32,463 nt of DNA from Promethearchaeota archaeon (lineage in GTDB: Archaea > Asgardarchaeota > Lokiarchaeia > Sigyniarchaeales > SOKP01). This document shows, one piece after another, positions 9,788 to 19,654 of this stretch. Position 1 is the stretch's first letter. Each line of letters begins with the position of its first letter. The translations under genes were made by a program, and so were the position numbers. The notes below the pieces were generated by a model. That model saw nothing but the letters and a program-made list of their open reading frames with translations, was not told where the DNA came from and made no database searches. The DNA lies in the NCBI GenBank assembly GCA_004524535.1, contig SDNY01000032.1, forward strand, positions 1 to 32,463, in the 5' to 3' direction.

Positions 9788-9859
9788 TCATCACTTTATC
9801 TTTAATAGATAGTAAAACTCGTAAATTAATTAATAAAAAAAAAATAAAAAAAATAAAAT

Positions 9860-12241
9860 TTAGCCTTCTCGGCACAATCTTTTCAGTAAGGTAGGATCAA
9901 TTATCTCTTTTGGTTCCCAATTTTTACTTTTCAAATATTCCTGTATTTCAGACTTCAAATTGATTGGAATGTCAGCTTCAACGCGAATGTATTTTTCTAA
10001 ATCGGTTGGAAGGTCAACGCCTTTATATTTTCGTTCTAAGTCAATCCAATGAGATAATTTTATCATACGTCCTTTGGAATTATCAGCTGGCCTCAAACAC
10101 ATTTTAGCAACTAAACAAATTGCCTGTTCGATAGATTCGGCGGTTGTTAATAGGTGTTCAGGACAAGGACTAACTAAATGGTCGCCAGTGCCATCTCGTG
10201 CATTCCATACTTTCCATGTATCCTCATCATCAGTTCTACCTATATACATACGTCTGTATTCAGCTGAATGGGGTCCACATACTGCTGGAATACCCATTCC
10301 ATTACAACTACTTGCTATACTTGCTGCTTTTTGCGACATTGCGCCCCAGGCAACTCCACAAGCTCCAACTCGATTTAAGATATAATCCGCTATTTCTTCA
10401 TAATTACCTCTTAAAGGACGTCGAGCAAATATATTTGCAACTTTAATTGCCGCACCATTTATATGTGGATTTGAGACACATGAGCCTACATTAACTAACC
10501 CTCCTCGGTCGAAATCACCAGGATATCTATCATATAATGTCTTACCTTCTTCGTCTTTTACAAGACCTATATCCATAGCACCACAGCCAGACACTACAAC
10601 AATATAATTCCTATTGCAGAATTCTTCAGCCATTGTATATAATTCTTGGATTTCTTTTCCATAATTGGCACAACCGATAATGGCTACAATTCCAGGAATT
10701 TCTCCTAAGACGATCGGAGCCCCTACATTTCGAATTTCAGTATCCTGAATGGGACCACGCCCTACTCTTAGGTTGAATTTTTCGTTTCTAATCTTTTCAC
10801 GCCCTGCATACATAATTAGAGTGAGAGGTGAAACATCTTTCATGCATTCGGCTTCACATCTACCACAATCTAAGCATGCATCAAATGTGTCTGATAATAT
10901 GGAAAAATCTCCGTCCTTTGCAGCATTTACACCTGCAACTAGTGGAAGATCATTAGGACAATTTCTCTGGCAATTTCCGCAGCCATTACATCTCATTGCC
11001 ATATCTATACATCCTTGCTCATCTGGAACTGCGCTTTTACTCTTTCTAATTGGCCTTACCTTTATTGCCGTTTCTACTGCAACTTGCCCCGCTTTTACGG
11101 GATCTAAAATTAATACACCTTTAGCTTTTCCACTAACTAAATCGTCTACAATTTCATCAACCGGATCATCAGTTCTATCTGGTAATCCATTCATATTTTT
11201 CTCATTTGAAGCGATAAATGGTGCATTTACTAGTTGCGCTTGTTCAAAGCTTCTCAAGTTAACGCATTGCTCATCGACCATCACTACATCTGCTAACCCA
11301 GAACGAATGAAATGCATTTGACGGGCGAGAGAACCAACAACTTTAGCTCCACTGTAATATCTTGTTAAATCCAAAGCAGTACAACAGATTGCTCCTACAT
11401 CAACTTTGCTTTCATATCCCTTCTCCCGCATATAATCAACTAATTCGATTCCAGGTGCTACATTATGGCCAATCATTAAAATTGTAGCCTTATTTTCCGT
11501 ATCTAAAGTACCCATTCCCAATTCAACAATAGGTACATCAGGATCTCCTACAGGAAAACCATATGCAGCAATTTGAACGGCATCAGCTATTTCCATTCCA
11601 ACAGCATCACATAATCCCGCTAAGAAACTTTTTGATTCATAATCTAAATAACTTGATTCTTGACCAGTATGACCCGCCGCAAGAAGATGAGTAATATTGA
11701 ATTGAACCCATTTCATTGCTTCTTCCAAATCTTCTAACGTTTCTGGTTTCATCCCTACTATCAATCGTGTACATGGCATTTCTACAGCAATATTGTTTCC
11801 AAAATTTATTGGGACATTTCCGTATTTTTCTTTGAGCCAGTGAAGCAAGTGATCTCCGTGAGCGCTGTGGCACGAGGCCCCGATACAGCACGCAATCTCT
11901 ACTATCTTTGCACATGCCGTTTCTATATTAATACCACAAGCCCCTGTTCTTCCCTTTGAGAGGTTGCATTTACCGAAGGTACAAAGGCAACACATATCAC
12001 AAATTTACCCAATTATTCCAACAGAATAATTGTTTGGCATGTAATATGGCTTGTACCTCTCCATTAATTTGAAAAACCAATTTCGCAATGTTGGAATATG
12101 GGGCATTGGAGTTGGACCCATTGGCTCCCATTCAGTCTCGTCTCCGAAGCTTACTTTTCCTGTCGTTAATTCGAAGCCCTTAATACTTCCTAGTGGGCCA
12201 GAGTAAGAATCTATTTTTATTTTTGCGCCTTTTTTACTCAT
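9860..12241 (-). CDS. cdhA: Acetyl-CoA decarbonylase/synthase complex subunit alpha (CO dehydrogenase), interrupted by a 30-nt insertion; predicted join(12034..12241,9860..12003), 783 aa
   Basis: Upstream ORF carries WEPMGPTPMP..LRNW..RYKPYYMP. Downstream ORF carries CDMCCLCTFGKC, GHNV, AICCTA, VDEQC, two ferredoxin motifs, GSCVSN and WGAMSQKA. Both ORFs are in the same frame. Confidence 0.92.
12004..12033 (-). other. Putative 30-nt bulge-helix-bulge mRNA intron in cdhA
   Basis: mRNA sense: CAUAUUACA UGCC AA^A CAAUUAUUC UGUUG GAAUAAUUG GGUA AA^U U UGUGAUAUG. Removal gives AUG CCA AUU UGU GAU (M P I C D) and deletes an in-frame UAA. Confidence 0.8.
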
Positions 12242-12402
12242 TTTTACATCAAATTAATTTTTATTTTGTTTTTTTTTAATAATATTTAATCAAATTTTTG
12301 ATTTTATTAAAGTTATTCTATGGAGAATATATCTTTGAGAATTTAAAAGATATTTATTATATTCAAAAGCTTAATAGAAGAAATTTCAAATAATTTATGA
12401 GT

Positions 12403-12414
12403 GTGAAATTTCAC
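12403..12414. promoter_or_regulatory. Perfect 12-bp palindrome upstream of cdhA, possible transcription factor site
   Basis: GTGAAATTTCAC, about 160 nt upstream of the cdhA start. Confidence 0.3.
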
Positions 12415-12511
12415 TCAATGCGAAATTATAGTGAGTCAAATTAAAAACAAAAAGTTAAAAAAAATTGATTAATTTGGAAAAAGAATTTGCGTAAGATTCG
12501 ATTAAGCTAAC

Positions 12512-13117
12512 TTATACGTTATATCTTTCCATATAATTTGAAATTGGGCCTGAATCTATCTCTGAATCAATATCCTTTGCGTCAAACTCATCTATTAACA
12601 AGTCAAATTTAAATATATCTGCTTCATCGTCTTTTAAAAAACACTGAACTTCTTCACCATCAGCATCGATTCCTATTTGTTCTAAAACCCCATTAAAAAT
12701 GCCTTGATAAAGAATACATATATTTTTTGCCATGATATTATCTTTTTCTTCTTGAGAGATAGGATTTTCTACAGAAATAAAGATTTTATCTTTTAAAAAG
12801 GCAGATGTTAAAATACCATATCCTAAATGCTCGAATGCGTCTAAGACGTTGATAATTACTTCCTTTTTATTAGATAAAGTTTCTTCACTCCAATTTGCGT
12901 CACCATATAATTTTTCAATAAAGTATTTTGCCACCGTTTTTCCAACCCATATGACTATATCTTCTGAATTTGCGCCTGCAAACTCTGAAAATTCAATTAA
13001 ATCAATTGGTCTTAACATTAATAACCTTAAATCTAAATCTCTAAAGAAAAGATGTCCTATACTATCATCGATGGTTATTTGCTCTTCTTTCTTAGATTTT
13101 TTAAATCTCTTAGACAT
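12512..13117 (-). CDS. V4R-domain protein
   Basis: RLLMLRP..WVGK..HLGYG..ICILYQGIFNGV..EEVQCFLKDDEADIFKF follows the V4R / TRAPP-Bet3-like fold pattern. Confidence 0.75.
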   Translation of the reverse strand: MSKRFKKSKKEEQITIDDSIGHLFFRDLDLRLLMLRPIDLIEFSEFAGANSEDIVIWVGKTVAKYFIEKLYGDANWSEETLSNKKEVIINVLDAFEHLGYGILTSAFLKDKIFISVENPISQEEKDNIMAKNICILYQGIFNGVLEQIGIDADGEEVQCFLKDDEADIFKFDLLIDEFDAKDIDSEIDSGPISNYMERYNV

Positions 13118-13218
13118 AATTACTCTCTTTTATACTATTTTATTCAATAATTATTATTTATATCCTTAAAAATTTAACTTTTTTTTAAAAAAATAATTTA
13201 TAAAAATTTTATAAGAGA

Positions 13219-14241
13219 TTAAATTAGGTCAAATATCATTTCAGTTACGTTGTTAATATTGAAATTCGTCTTAACTGATGTAAATAGTAACTTCCATTCT
13301 CTATTGTCGATTTTTTCGAATTCAAAATATTCAATAATTTCCTTGGTAAGTCTACCAATTTTTTCTTTATTATTCTGAACGGAATGATCAAATAAATCGA
13401 TTTTATTAGCTAAAATCAATAAGGGAATTCCAAATAATTCGTATCTATTTATAATTTTCCAAAATTCTCTTTTTGACTCTTCGAATCTTATTTGATTTGC
13501 GACATCAATCATAAATATTATAATATTAGATTCTTGAAGTCCGATTAACCATTTATTCCTGAAAGAGAGTTGTCCTGGCATGTCCCATAAAGCTAAAATC
13601 CCTCTAGATTCATCCTGAATGTATTCTATATTAAATTTTCTCGTCGGAACAAAATAATTATCATTATATTTGCCCGTTTTTATCCTTCTTATTAAAGATG
13701 TCTTTCCTACTTCATCTAAACCAAAAAGAAATACCTTATTGAACGAATCATGGTAATGAAATTGAATTTCAGGATGTCTTTCCACATATTCATCTCCATA
13801 TCTACGAATATCAATAAACACTGTAATTAAGAAATTTTCGATTTCAATTTCATCTTTAAATGTACATATTTTTTCGATATTTAACAATTCGTTTAATAGT
13901 TCTTCAAATATGTCTTTATAATCGTAGGGATTATCTTCTTTATCAAGAATTAATCCAATAATGATCTTCCCGTTAATGCAAGTTGTATAAATATTTAAAC
14001 CGTCCATTATTTGAGGGACTGGAGTATCAATTAAATAAAGATAATTAGCGTTGTTGGACTTGCTAATTGATTTACGCGTTCTATATCTATGGATAAGATC
14101 GCCATGATCATGTCCATAAATTATTTTGCTGAGTTGATCTTTATCATCTATCGTAATAATGTCATTTGGATAACTGTAAATATTGAGTTGATCCAAATCT
14201 TGGAAATTTTTACCCTTAAGAAGAAAAATGTTGTATAACAA
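13219..14241 (-). CDS. Arf-family small GTPase with N-terminal extension domain (longin/DENN-like by inference)
   Basis: GLDEVGKTS, PTRK, WDMPGQ, LANKID, TSVK; about 165-aa N-terminal alpha/beta domain (IIIGLILDKEDNPYDY). Confidence 0.85.
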   Translation of the reverse strand: MLYNIFLLKGKNFQDLDQLNIYSYPNDIITIDDKDQLSKIIYGHDHGDLIHRYRTRKSISKSNNANYLYLIDTPVPQIMDGLNIYTTCINGKIIIGLILDKEDNPYDYKDIFEELLNELLNIEKICTFKDEIEIENFLITVFIDIRRYGDEYVERHPEIQFHYHDSFNKVFLFGLDEVGKTSLIRRIKTGKYNDNYFVPTRKFNIEYIQDESRGILALWDMPGQLSFRNKWLIGLQESNIIIFMIDVANQIRFEESKREFWKIINRYELFGIPLLILANKIDLFDHSVQNNKEKIGRLTKEIIEYFEFEKIDNREWKLLFTSVKTNFNINNVTEMIFDLI

Positions 14242-14387
14242 TTATTATTTCAAGATTGTTAATTTCTTTAAGTGGGTAAATAAAAAATGTTTAAAAAATG
14301 TTTTGAATAAGATTTCTTATAATATGTTAAATCTTAATTAAGAAAATCATCGTAGATTTTTTTCAATTTAAAGGTTTCGCTTTATTT

Positions 14388-15839
14388 TTAAGAGGAGGAA
14401 TTTTCATTTTTTTTTGATCCACTATTTTTTGAAGATTCTAAGGATTCTGAAGGTTCTGTTTTATCACCTACCTCTTCTTTTGTATCTTTATCTTTGTCTG
14501 CCTTATCTTCTGGAGGGGGACTTGGTGTTGCAGAGGACGCAGATGACACAGGAGTGTTGCAAATAGGGCATTCAGACCACCCCTTCCTAAGACTATAACC
14601 GCATTTTACGCATTCTGTTAGGTCATTATCTGCTTCCCATTCAGGAATATCTGAAACACCTCCTTTTCTTTTACGAGCTAATTCCTCTAAATCTTCTTCA
14701 GTCCAGACTTCCATACCTTGAGGTATTCCGTCGGTTCTTTTTTCGGCCATCATTCTTAAATTTTCTTCAGTCCAAAATTCCATTCCTGGAGGAGGTGCTC
14801 CACCTCTTTGTTGGGCTGCTTCAGCAAGCTCTTCTACGGTCCAAGCTTGCAGTTCTTGACCTCCTGGGGTTCTTACAGTTCCTGTTGGCTGTGAAGGTAC
14901 TTGAGTTTGTATTCCGCCTGCTTTTTGAGAAGATGGGATCTCACAACACGCTGCTGAAAATTTTATCAATGCTTCAAAACATATTGCAAATCTATCTTGA
15001 TCATTTCCCTCGTCTATAATTAAAATTAATGAAGTATTATCATTAATTAAAGGAATTCCTATTCCACATACTGATGCATTAGAGTCGCGACTAGATTCTA
15101 ATCCACTGCGAATTTTCCCCATTGATGTTAATAAATCCCTTTTACTCATTAAAAAATCGCATATCGGGTCGCCGTGCCTCTGATACCCCTCATGATATTT
15201 TTCTAATTGGGTACTTGTCAATTTAGAATCCAAAGCCTTTATTATCGCACTTACGTAAGAATAGATTTGAGATTTTGGCTCTTTTTGAGAATCATCTAAT
15301 TTATACCCTTCTAAATCAAGATCACCCATAAAAGGCGCGAATAATGGCTCAGCATCCTTCATTTTACCGTAAATGATTGTTTTAGAAAGTAAACACTTGA
15401 TTTCTCCATAATAAGCTATTGAATTATCTAAAAAATTAACATTTTTTTTATCTATTACTAGTCGAGGCACGCTCCGAAATATAACGTCCACCCAAGGCAT
15501 TTCCTTAACAGGTATTATTGCTACACACGTTTTTTCAATTAGTTTACGTAACGCTTTCGAATACTCCTTAAACATCTGTTTTAATTCCTTTTGAACATCC
15601 TTGTATTGTTCTCCCTCTAATTCTTTCTCTGCTTTGACTAAGAAACTTTGAAATTTTTCTTTATTTTTTTTGAGATTTCCGCCTAATTTCTTAATTTCGC
15701 CAATAATATTATCTTTAAAAATGAAAGTAGCGTCTTCAATCAAATTATTTTGAAATTCAGTAAGTTCTGAATCTAAATACTCAGAAACATCAATCTGAAG
15801 ACTATTTATAAATTTTTCAAATAATTTTTGTTCTGCCAA
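14388..15839 (-). CDS. Hypothetical protein with 23-aa WTEE repeats, a zinc ribbon and a disordered tail
   Basis: 483 aa; three W-T-(V/E)-E-x-L repeats, CVKCG..WSECPIC and a Ser/Pro/acidic C-terminus. Confidence 0.75.
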   Translation of the reverse strand: MAEQKLFEKFINSLQIDVSEYLDSELTEFQNNLIEDATFIFKDNIIGEIKKLGGNLKKNKEKFQSFLVKAEKELEGEQYKDVQKELKQMFKEYSKALRKLIEKTCVAIIPVKEMPWVDVIFRSVPRLVIDKKNVNFLDNSIAYYGEIKCLLSKTIIYGKMKDAEPLFAPFMGDLDLEGYKLDDSQKEPKSQIYSYVSAIIKALDSKLTSTQLEKYHEGYQRHGDPICDFLMSKRDLLTSMGKIRSGLESSRDSNASVCGIGIPLINDNTSLILIIDEGNDQDRFAICFEALIKFSAACCEIPSSQKAGGIQTQVPSQPTGTVRTPGGQELQAWTVEELAEAAQQRGGAPPPGMEFWTEENLRMMAEKRTDGIPQGMEVWTEEDLEELARKRKGGVSDIPEWEADNDLTECVKCGYSLRKGWSECPICNTPVSSASSATPSPPPEDKADKDKDTKEEVGDKTEPSESLESSKNSGSKKNENSSS

Positions 15840-16448
15840 TTATATTACCAATTTTAAATAGTTCATTTTTATTTCTAATTGTTCATAATTATATCAACGA
15901 GAACTATATAAAAATTTAATTAAAATAGATGAGCAATAATATTTTAATAAGTAGGGGTTGATTTAATTAAACGAATTTTTGATTCGTTTCGAGCTCCTTT
16001 CTAACAAACTTCTCTAAAAATAGTGTTCAATGGTATTTAAATATTATAAAAAAGATTTTCAACGATATATTAGAGAGTATCCCTAATATTTTTAATAAAT
16101 TATTAAGAGCAATAAAAATAATTAAAAAAAAATTTAAATTTTGAACTTCACTTTAAATTTGAGGAGAAGAGAATCTTTTAAAAAACATTAATCCAATAAT
16201 ATAAAACATTAATAAGAGAAAACATTTATAGGGGAAAAACAAAATTCACATATTAACCCGAAAAAAAAAACATTTAAATATCAATTTATAATAAATATTA
16301 TTATAATAAAATTTATCAAGAAGGCGGTTGTAAGTACCTTTCTGCAACAATTAATGTTTTTTAGTCCTATTTTCATATCAGTTTAAATTAGGCAGGCGTA
16401 AATGGACTATTTTCATTGGTTGTAGCAATAAAAAAATGGTGTTATAGA

Positions 16449-16736
16449 ATGAAAATTGTAACTGTAAACGTTCCAGAATCTTATATAGACGCAATCGAAA
16501 AATTAGTAGGAGAAAATGGTCTCTACCCATCGAGGTCAGAATTAATAAGATGTGCCGTGCGCGAATTCTTGTTAAAAGAGTTAAGAATGGCAAAAAACAT
16601 GACCAAATATGATGAGACTAAAATTGACGATTTTGACAGCGAACATTTTGTGAGGATTCCAATAGAAAGTAAAGATAAAGAGGAACCCGTGCGTTCATTT
16701 AAAACCTATAAAATTCTCAGAAGGCTTGAAATTTAA
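16449..16736 (+). CDS. Ribbon-helix-helix (CopG/Arc/MetJ-type) transcriptional regulator
   Basis: MKIVTVNVPESYIDAIEKLV..YPSRSELIRCAVREFL. ATG at 16449 preferred over the TTG at 16416. Confidence 0.85.
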   Translation: MKIVTVNVPESYIDAIEKLVGENGLYPSRSELIRCAVREFLLKELRMAKNMTKYDETKIDDFDSEHFVRIPIESKDKEEPVRSFKTYKILRRLEI

Positions 16737-16789
16737 AATTCTCAAAATTAAGGATTTGCATAAAAATATATAGTGTATGGCCATCTATT

Positions 16790-16820
16790 AGGGAATATCT
16801 CCCTTCTTTTTTTATTTTTT
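16790..16820 (+). terminator. Hairpin plus oligo-T terminator-like element
   Basis: AGGGA-ATATC-TCCCT followed by long T tracts, about 55 nt after the RHH stop codon. Confidence 0.45.
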
Positions 16821-17128
16821 TTGAAACTGACGCCTCAAATTTTCTGTTCAAAAAAAGGTTTTTTTTTTACATCAATATAAAATTTTTTCATTTTTTTATT
16901 TGTATTATTGTTGTTTTTTCACAAAATTTGAGTTAAGTTAAAAGAAATTAGAAGCTAATATTTATTAAATACAATTGTTAAATTAATTCTGATAATAAAA
17001 TAAAAACAGAATAACCCTAATAGATTTAATTTATAAAAAGATATAATTGAAGAGGTCCATAAAAGGAGGTTTTTTTTATTTCGGTTAACAATGAAAAATC
17101 CGCTAAAGGAAGGTATACTCCTAAGTTT

Positions 17129-18346
17129 ATGGAATGGGGGATTATTACTAATGAAAATTTCAAGTCAACTTACGATGTTCCGATAAAGAGATGGGATCCC
17201 TTATCTACAGTTTCTATTACTACAAAAGATTTTGGCCTTCGAAAAGAGCGAGTAAGATACTATGGTCATTATTCTTATATCTCCCCAATCCGGGGTGAAA
17301 GACCTAAGGGATTTAAGAGAGGAGAAATTAGCTATGAACATCTAGATTGTACAGAATATCCAATTGATGAAGTTAAAGACATATTTATGAGTATTTCTGA
17401 GGGAAAAAAAATATATTATAATGATGGAACTCCGATTGGAGATGGATTTACGATTATTGTAGCTGAGGATGAGAAAAGAAGAGATTCGCCTTTTTCAAAA
17501 ACACCTCATAAGATTGAAAAGATTCCTGATTCTTGTAAAGCAATTACTTTGATAAATCGATATCCTTCAATGGCTCGTATTGTGTCTCCTGAGATTAAAA
17601 CTTCAATGGAAGAAATTTTACCTGCTCATATAAAACTTGCACAGGGTATAAATTTGGTTACCATTTCAAGACATTTTTATCCTTCCCTATGTTTTAACTT
17701 AATTCCGGAAAATGTTTTGTTGGGCATTTTAATTTCAATGAAAGCTGCAATTCTTTACTCTGTTGAAGAGGCTATAGAAAGAGATTATTACGATATTCCT
17801 GTTTCACCTTTTTTTAATATAGGGACAAAAGCAGGGGGTTCACAACCTAGAATCCATGGTCAAGTTTATATAGATTTGAATATGGATGGTCATGGGTCAC
17901 GATTAGAGGGATATCTTAGAGCATTTAAAGAAATGGGTGATAACTGTCATCTATGTGAAACTACTCATGGAGATAGCGATCGAATCATTTTAAAAACTAC
18001 ATATTGGACTTTTTATACTACAGGAAGTCCCGTAAGAAATTATCACATAAGATTTCATCCAAACGAGCATATTAGAAGATTTAGCCAATTAAATGTCAAC
18101 CAATTACTTGATTTGGCAAAATCTTTAAAGATCATATTTGTAGCGTTAGACGATATTGAAGTTGATAAAAATCGAAATATTTTATTCAATTGCTGTCCTT
18201 TTGGATACAACGCGAATTTCCATTTATTTGCTGACATTATCCCACATGAGATAATTGGGGGTCTTGAGATGGCTGAGGATATGCGCGTTGCAAGAAAATT
18301 ACCTAATGAAGCAGCAAAAGAAATAAGGAGAGCAATTTCTGGATGA
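17129..18346 (+). CDS. GalT-like (HIT superfamily) hexose-1-phosphate nucleotidyltransferase
   Basis: RGERP, NRYP, FNIGTKAGGSQPRIHGQ (variant of GxSxxHPHxQ), CHLCE, FHLF..IIP and GGLE. Confidence 0.75.
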   Translation: MEWGIITNENFKSTYDVPIKRWDPLSTVSITTKDFGLRKERVRYYGHYSYISPIRGERPKGFKRGEISYEHLDCTEYPIDEVKDIFMSISEGKKIYYNDGTPIGDGFTIIVAEDEKRRDSPFSKTPHKIEKIPDSCKAITLINRYPSMARIVSPEIKTSMEEILPAHIKLAQGINLVTISRHFYPSLCFNLIPENVLLGILISMKAAILYSVEEAIERDYYDIPVSPFFNIGTKAGGSQPRIHGQVYIDLNMDGHGSRLEGYLRAFKEMGDNCHLCETTHGDSDRIILKTTYWTFYTTGSPVRNYHIRFHPNEHIRRFSQLNVNQLLDLAKSLKIIFVALDDIEVDKNRNILFNCCPFGYNANFHLFADIIPHEIIGGLEMAEDMRVARKLPNEAAKEIRRAISG

Positions 18347-18459
18347 GGAATTTACGATGGAATAATATTAATAAATAATGGATTATAAATTAAAAGAAGC
18401 TTGAATAAAATCCTTAGTTTTAAATCTATAAATTTTCTTATTATTAATAATAATAGAAT

Positions 18460-19623
18460 ATGGTTTCAACAATGACAAGAGAATGGTCTGCAATAATCCT
18501 TGCTGGCGGTAAAGGTTCTCGATTAATGCCATTAACATCGGAAATTCCAAAACCATTAGTGAAAGTAACTAATAAACCAATGATTGATTATTCTATAGCA
18601 CACTTGATATATGCAGATATAAAGCATATCATTCTCGCATTAGCATATATGGGCGAAGATATTAAAAAGCATGTTAAAAATACATGGACTCCCGATAAAC
18701 TCGGTGATGTTGAGTTAGAATGTGAAATTCATGATAGTAAAGGTACTGCGGACGCCTATAGATTACTAGCAGATAATATTGACTCGGAAAATGTTGTTGT
18801 CAGTATGGCAGATATAGTTACTTCTCTTCCAATGAAAGATTTTATGAGCTTTCATAAAGAAAAGAACGGTATTGCCACTATTTCAATGAAGATGGTTGAA
18901 AGCCATACTTCTCAATACGGGGTTGTTTTATTAGATAAAAATAGAAAAATTTATTTATTTTTGGAAAAGCCAATGCCTATGGAACTGTATTTAAGCAGCA
19001 TGGCACAAAGGACTGATTTGTTCCTACATACGAACATAATCAATACAGGAATTTACTGTTTTAAAAAAGATATTGGAGATATTCTTCATGAAACAGGATT
19101 AATAGATTTTGGCGGTGAAGTTTTTCCATATCTTCTTGAAAATAAATATGATTTGTATGGTTTTGTCAGAGATTATTACTGGATGGATGCTGGTAATTAT
19201 CAAACCTATATGTGGGCGAATTGGGATTTATTGAGGAAATATGCATGGCCAATTTCGCCAAATGGGGAGGAATTTGATGGAGTTTATGTCATGGGAATAA
19301 TTAATTCGGGTAAAGAAATAACTATTGAGAAACCAACTTGTTTTGGAGATTGTGTTAAGCTTCACAACAATGTAAAAATACGCGAATTAACTTCGATTGG
19401 AAGCAAGGTGACCATAGGAGAGGATGCTATAATAGAAAAAAGTGTTATATGGGATAACGTGAAAATAGGTCCTGGATGTTATATTAACGAATCAATAATC
19501 TGTAACGATTGTACAATCGGAAATAATGTTGTTTTAGAAAGAGTAATAGTACCTCCATATTGTAAGATTTCAAGTAATAACCAATTGAGAGATATGACAC
19601 TAGAAGTTGGAAAACATATATAA
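18460..19623 (+). CDS. NDP-sugar pyrophosphorylase (mannose/glucose-1-phosphate nucleotidyltransferase) with left-handed beta-helix
   Basis: AIILAGGKGSRLMPLT..PKPL, FLEKP, INTGIY, YWMDAG and C-terminal hexapeptide repeats. Confidence 0.9.
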   Translation: MVSTMTREWSAIILAGGKGSRLMPLTSEIPKPLVKVTNKPMIDYSIAHLIYADIKHIILALAYMGEDIKKHVKNTWTPDKLGDVELECEIHDSKGTADAYRLLADNIDSENVVVSMADIVTSLPMKDFMSFHKEKNGIATISMKMVESHTSQYGVVLLDKNRKIYLFLEKPMPMELYLSSMAQRTDLFLHTNIINTGIYCFKKDIGDILHETGLIDFGGEVFPYLLENKYDLYGFVRDYYWMDAGNYQTYMWANWDLLRKYAWPISPNGEEFDGVYVMGIINSGKEITIEKPTCFGDCVKLHNNVKIRELTSIGSKVTIGEDAIIEKSVIWDNVKIGPGCYINESIICNDCTIGNNVVLERVIVPPYCKISSNNQLRDMTLEVGKHI

Positions 19624-19654
19624 TCTGATTTTTTCCGAATTACCTTTAAAAACG

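Noticed and set aside
10074-11915. Long antisense and alternative-frame ORFs over cdhA (10074, 10198, 10749, 11637)
   Set aside because: Shadow ORFs of a relatively GC-rich conserved gene, with no recognisable motifs.
12001-12040. Translational bypassing or stop readthrough in cdhA
   Set aside because: No matching take-off/landing codons flank the 30-nt insert. Readthrough would add residues next to a conserved Fe-S-binding cysteine motif, whereas BHB cleavage restores it exactly.
9860-12241. cdhA as a pseudogene, or as two separate genes
   Set aside because: Both parts are in frame with all recognisable motifs intact, and the only lesion is the structured insert. Not fully excluded without RNA data.
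18970-19030. Extra loop (MELYLSSMAQRTDLFLH) in the NDP-sugar pyrophosphorylase as a hidden in-frame intron
   Set aside because: Only a 5-bp GGAAC/GTTCC pairing is present, with no 9-bp hairpin or BHB geometry and no stop codon.
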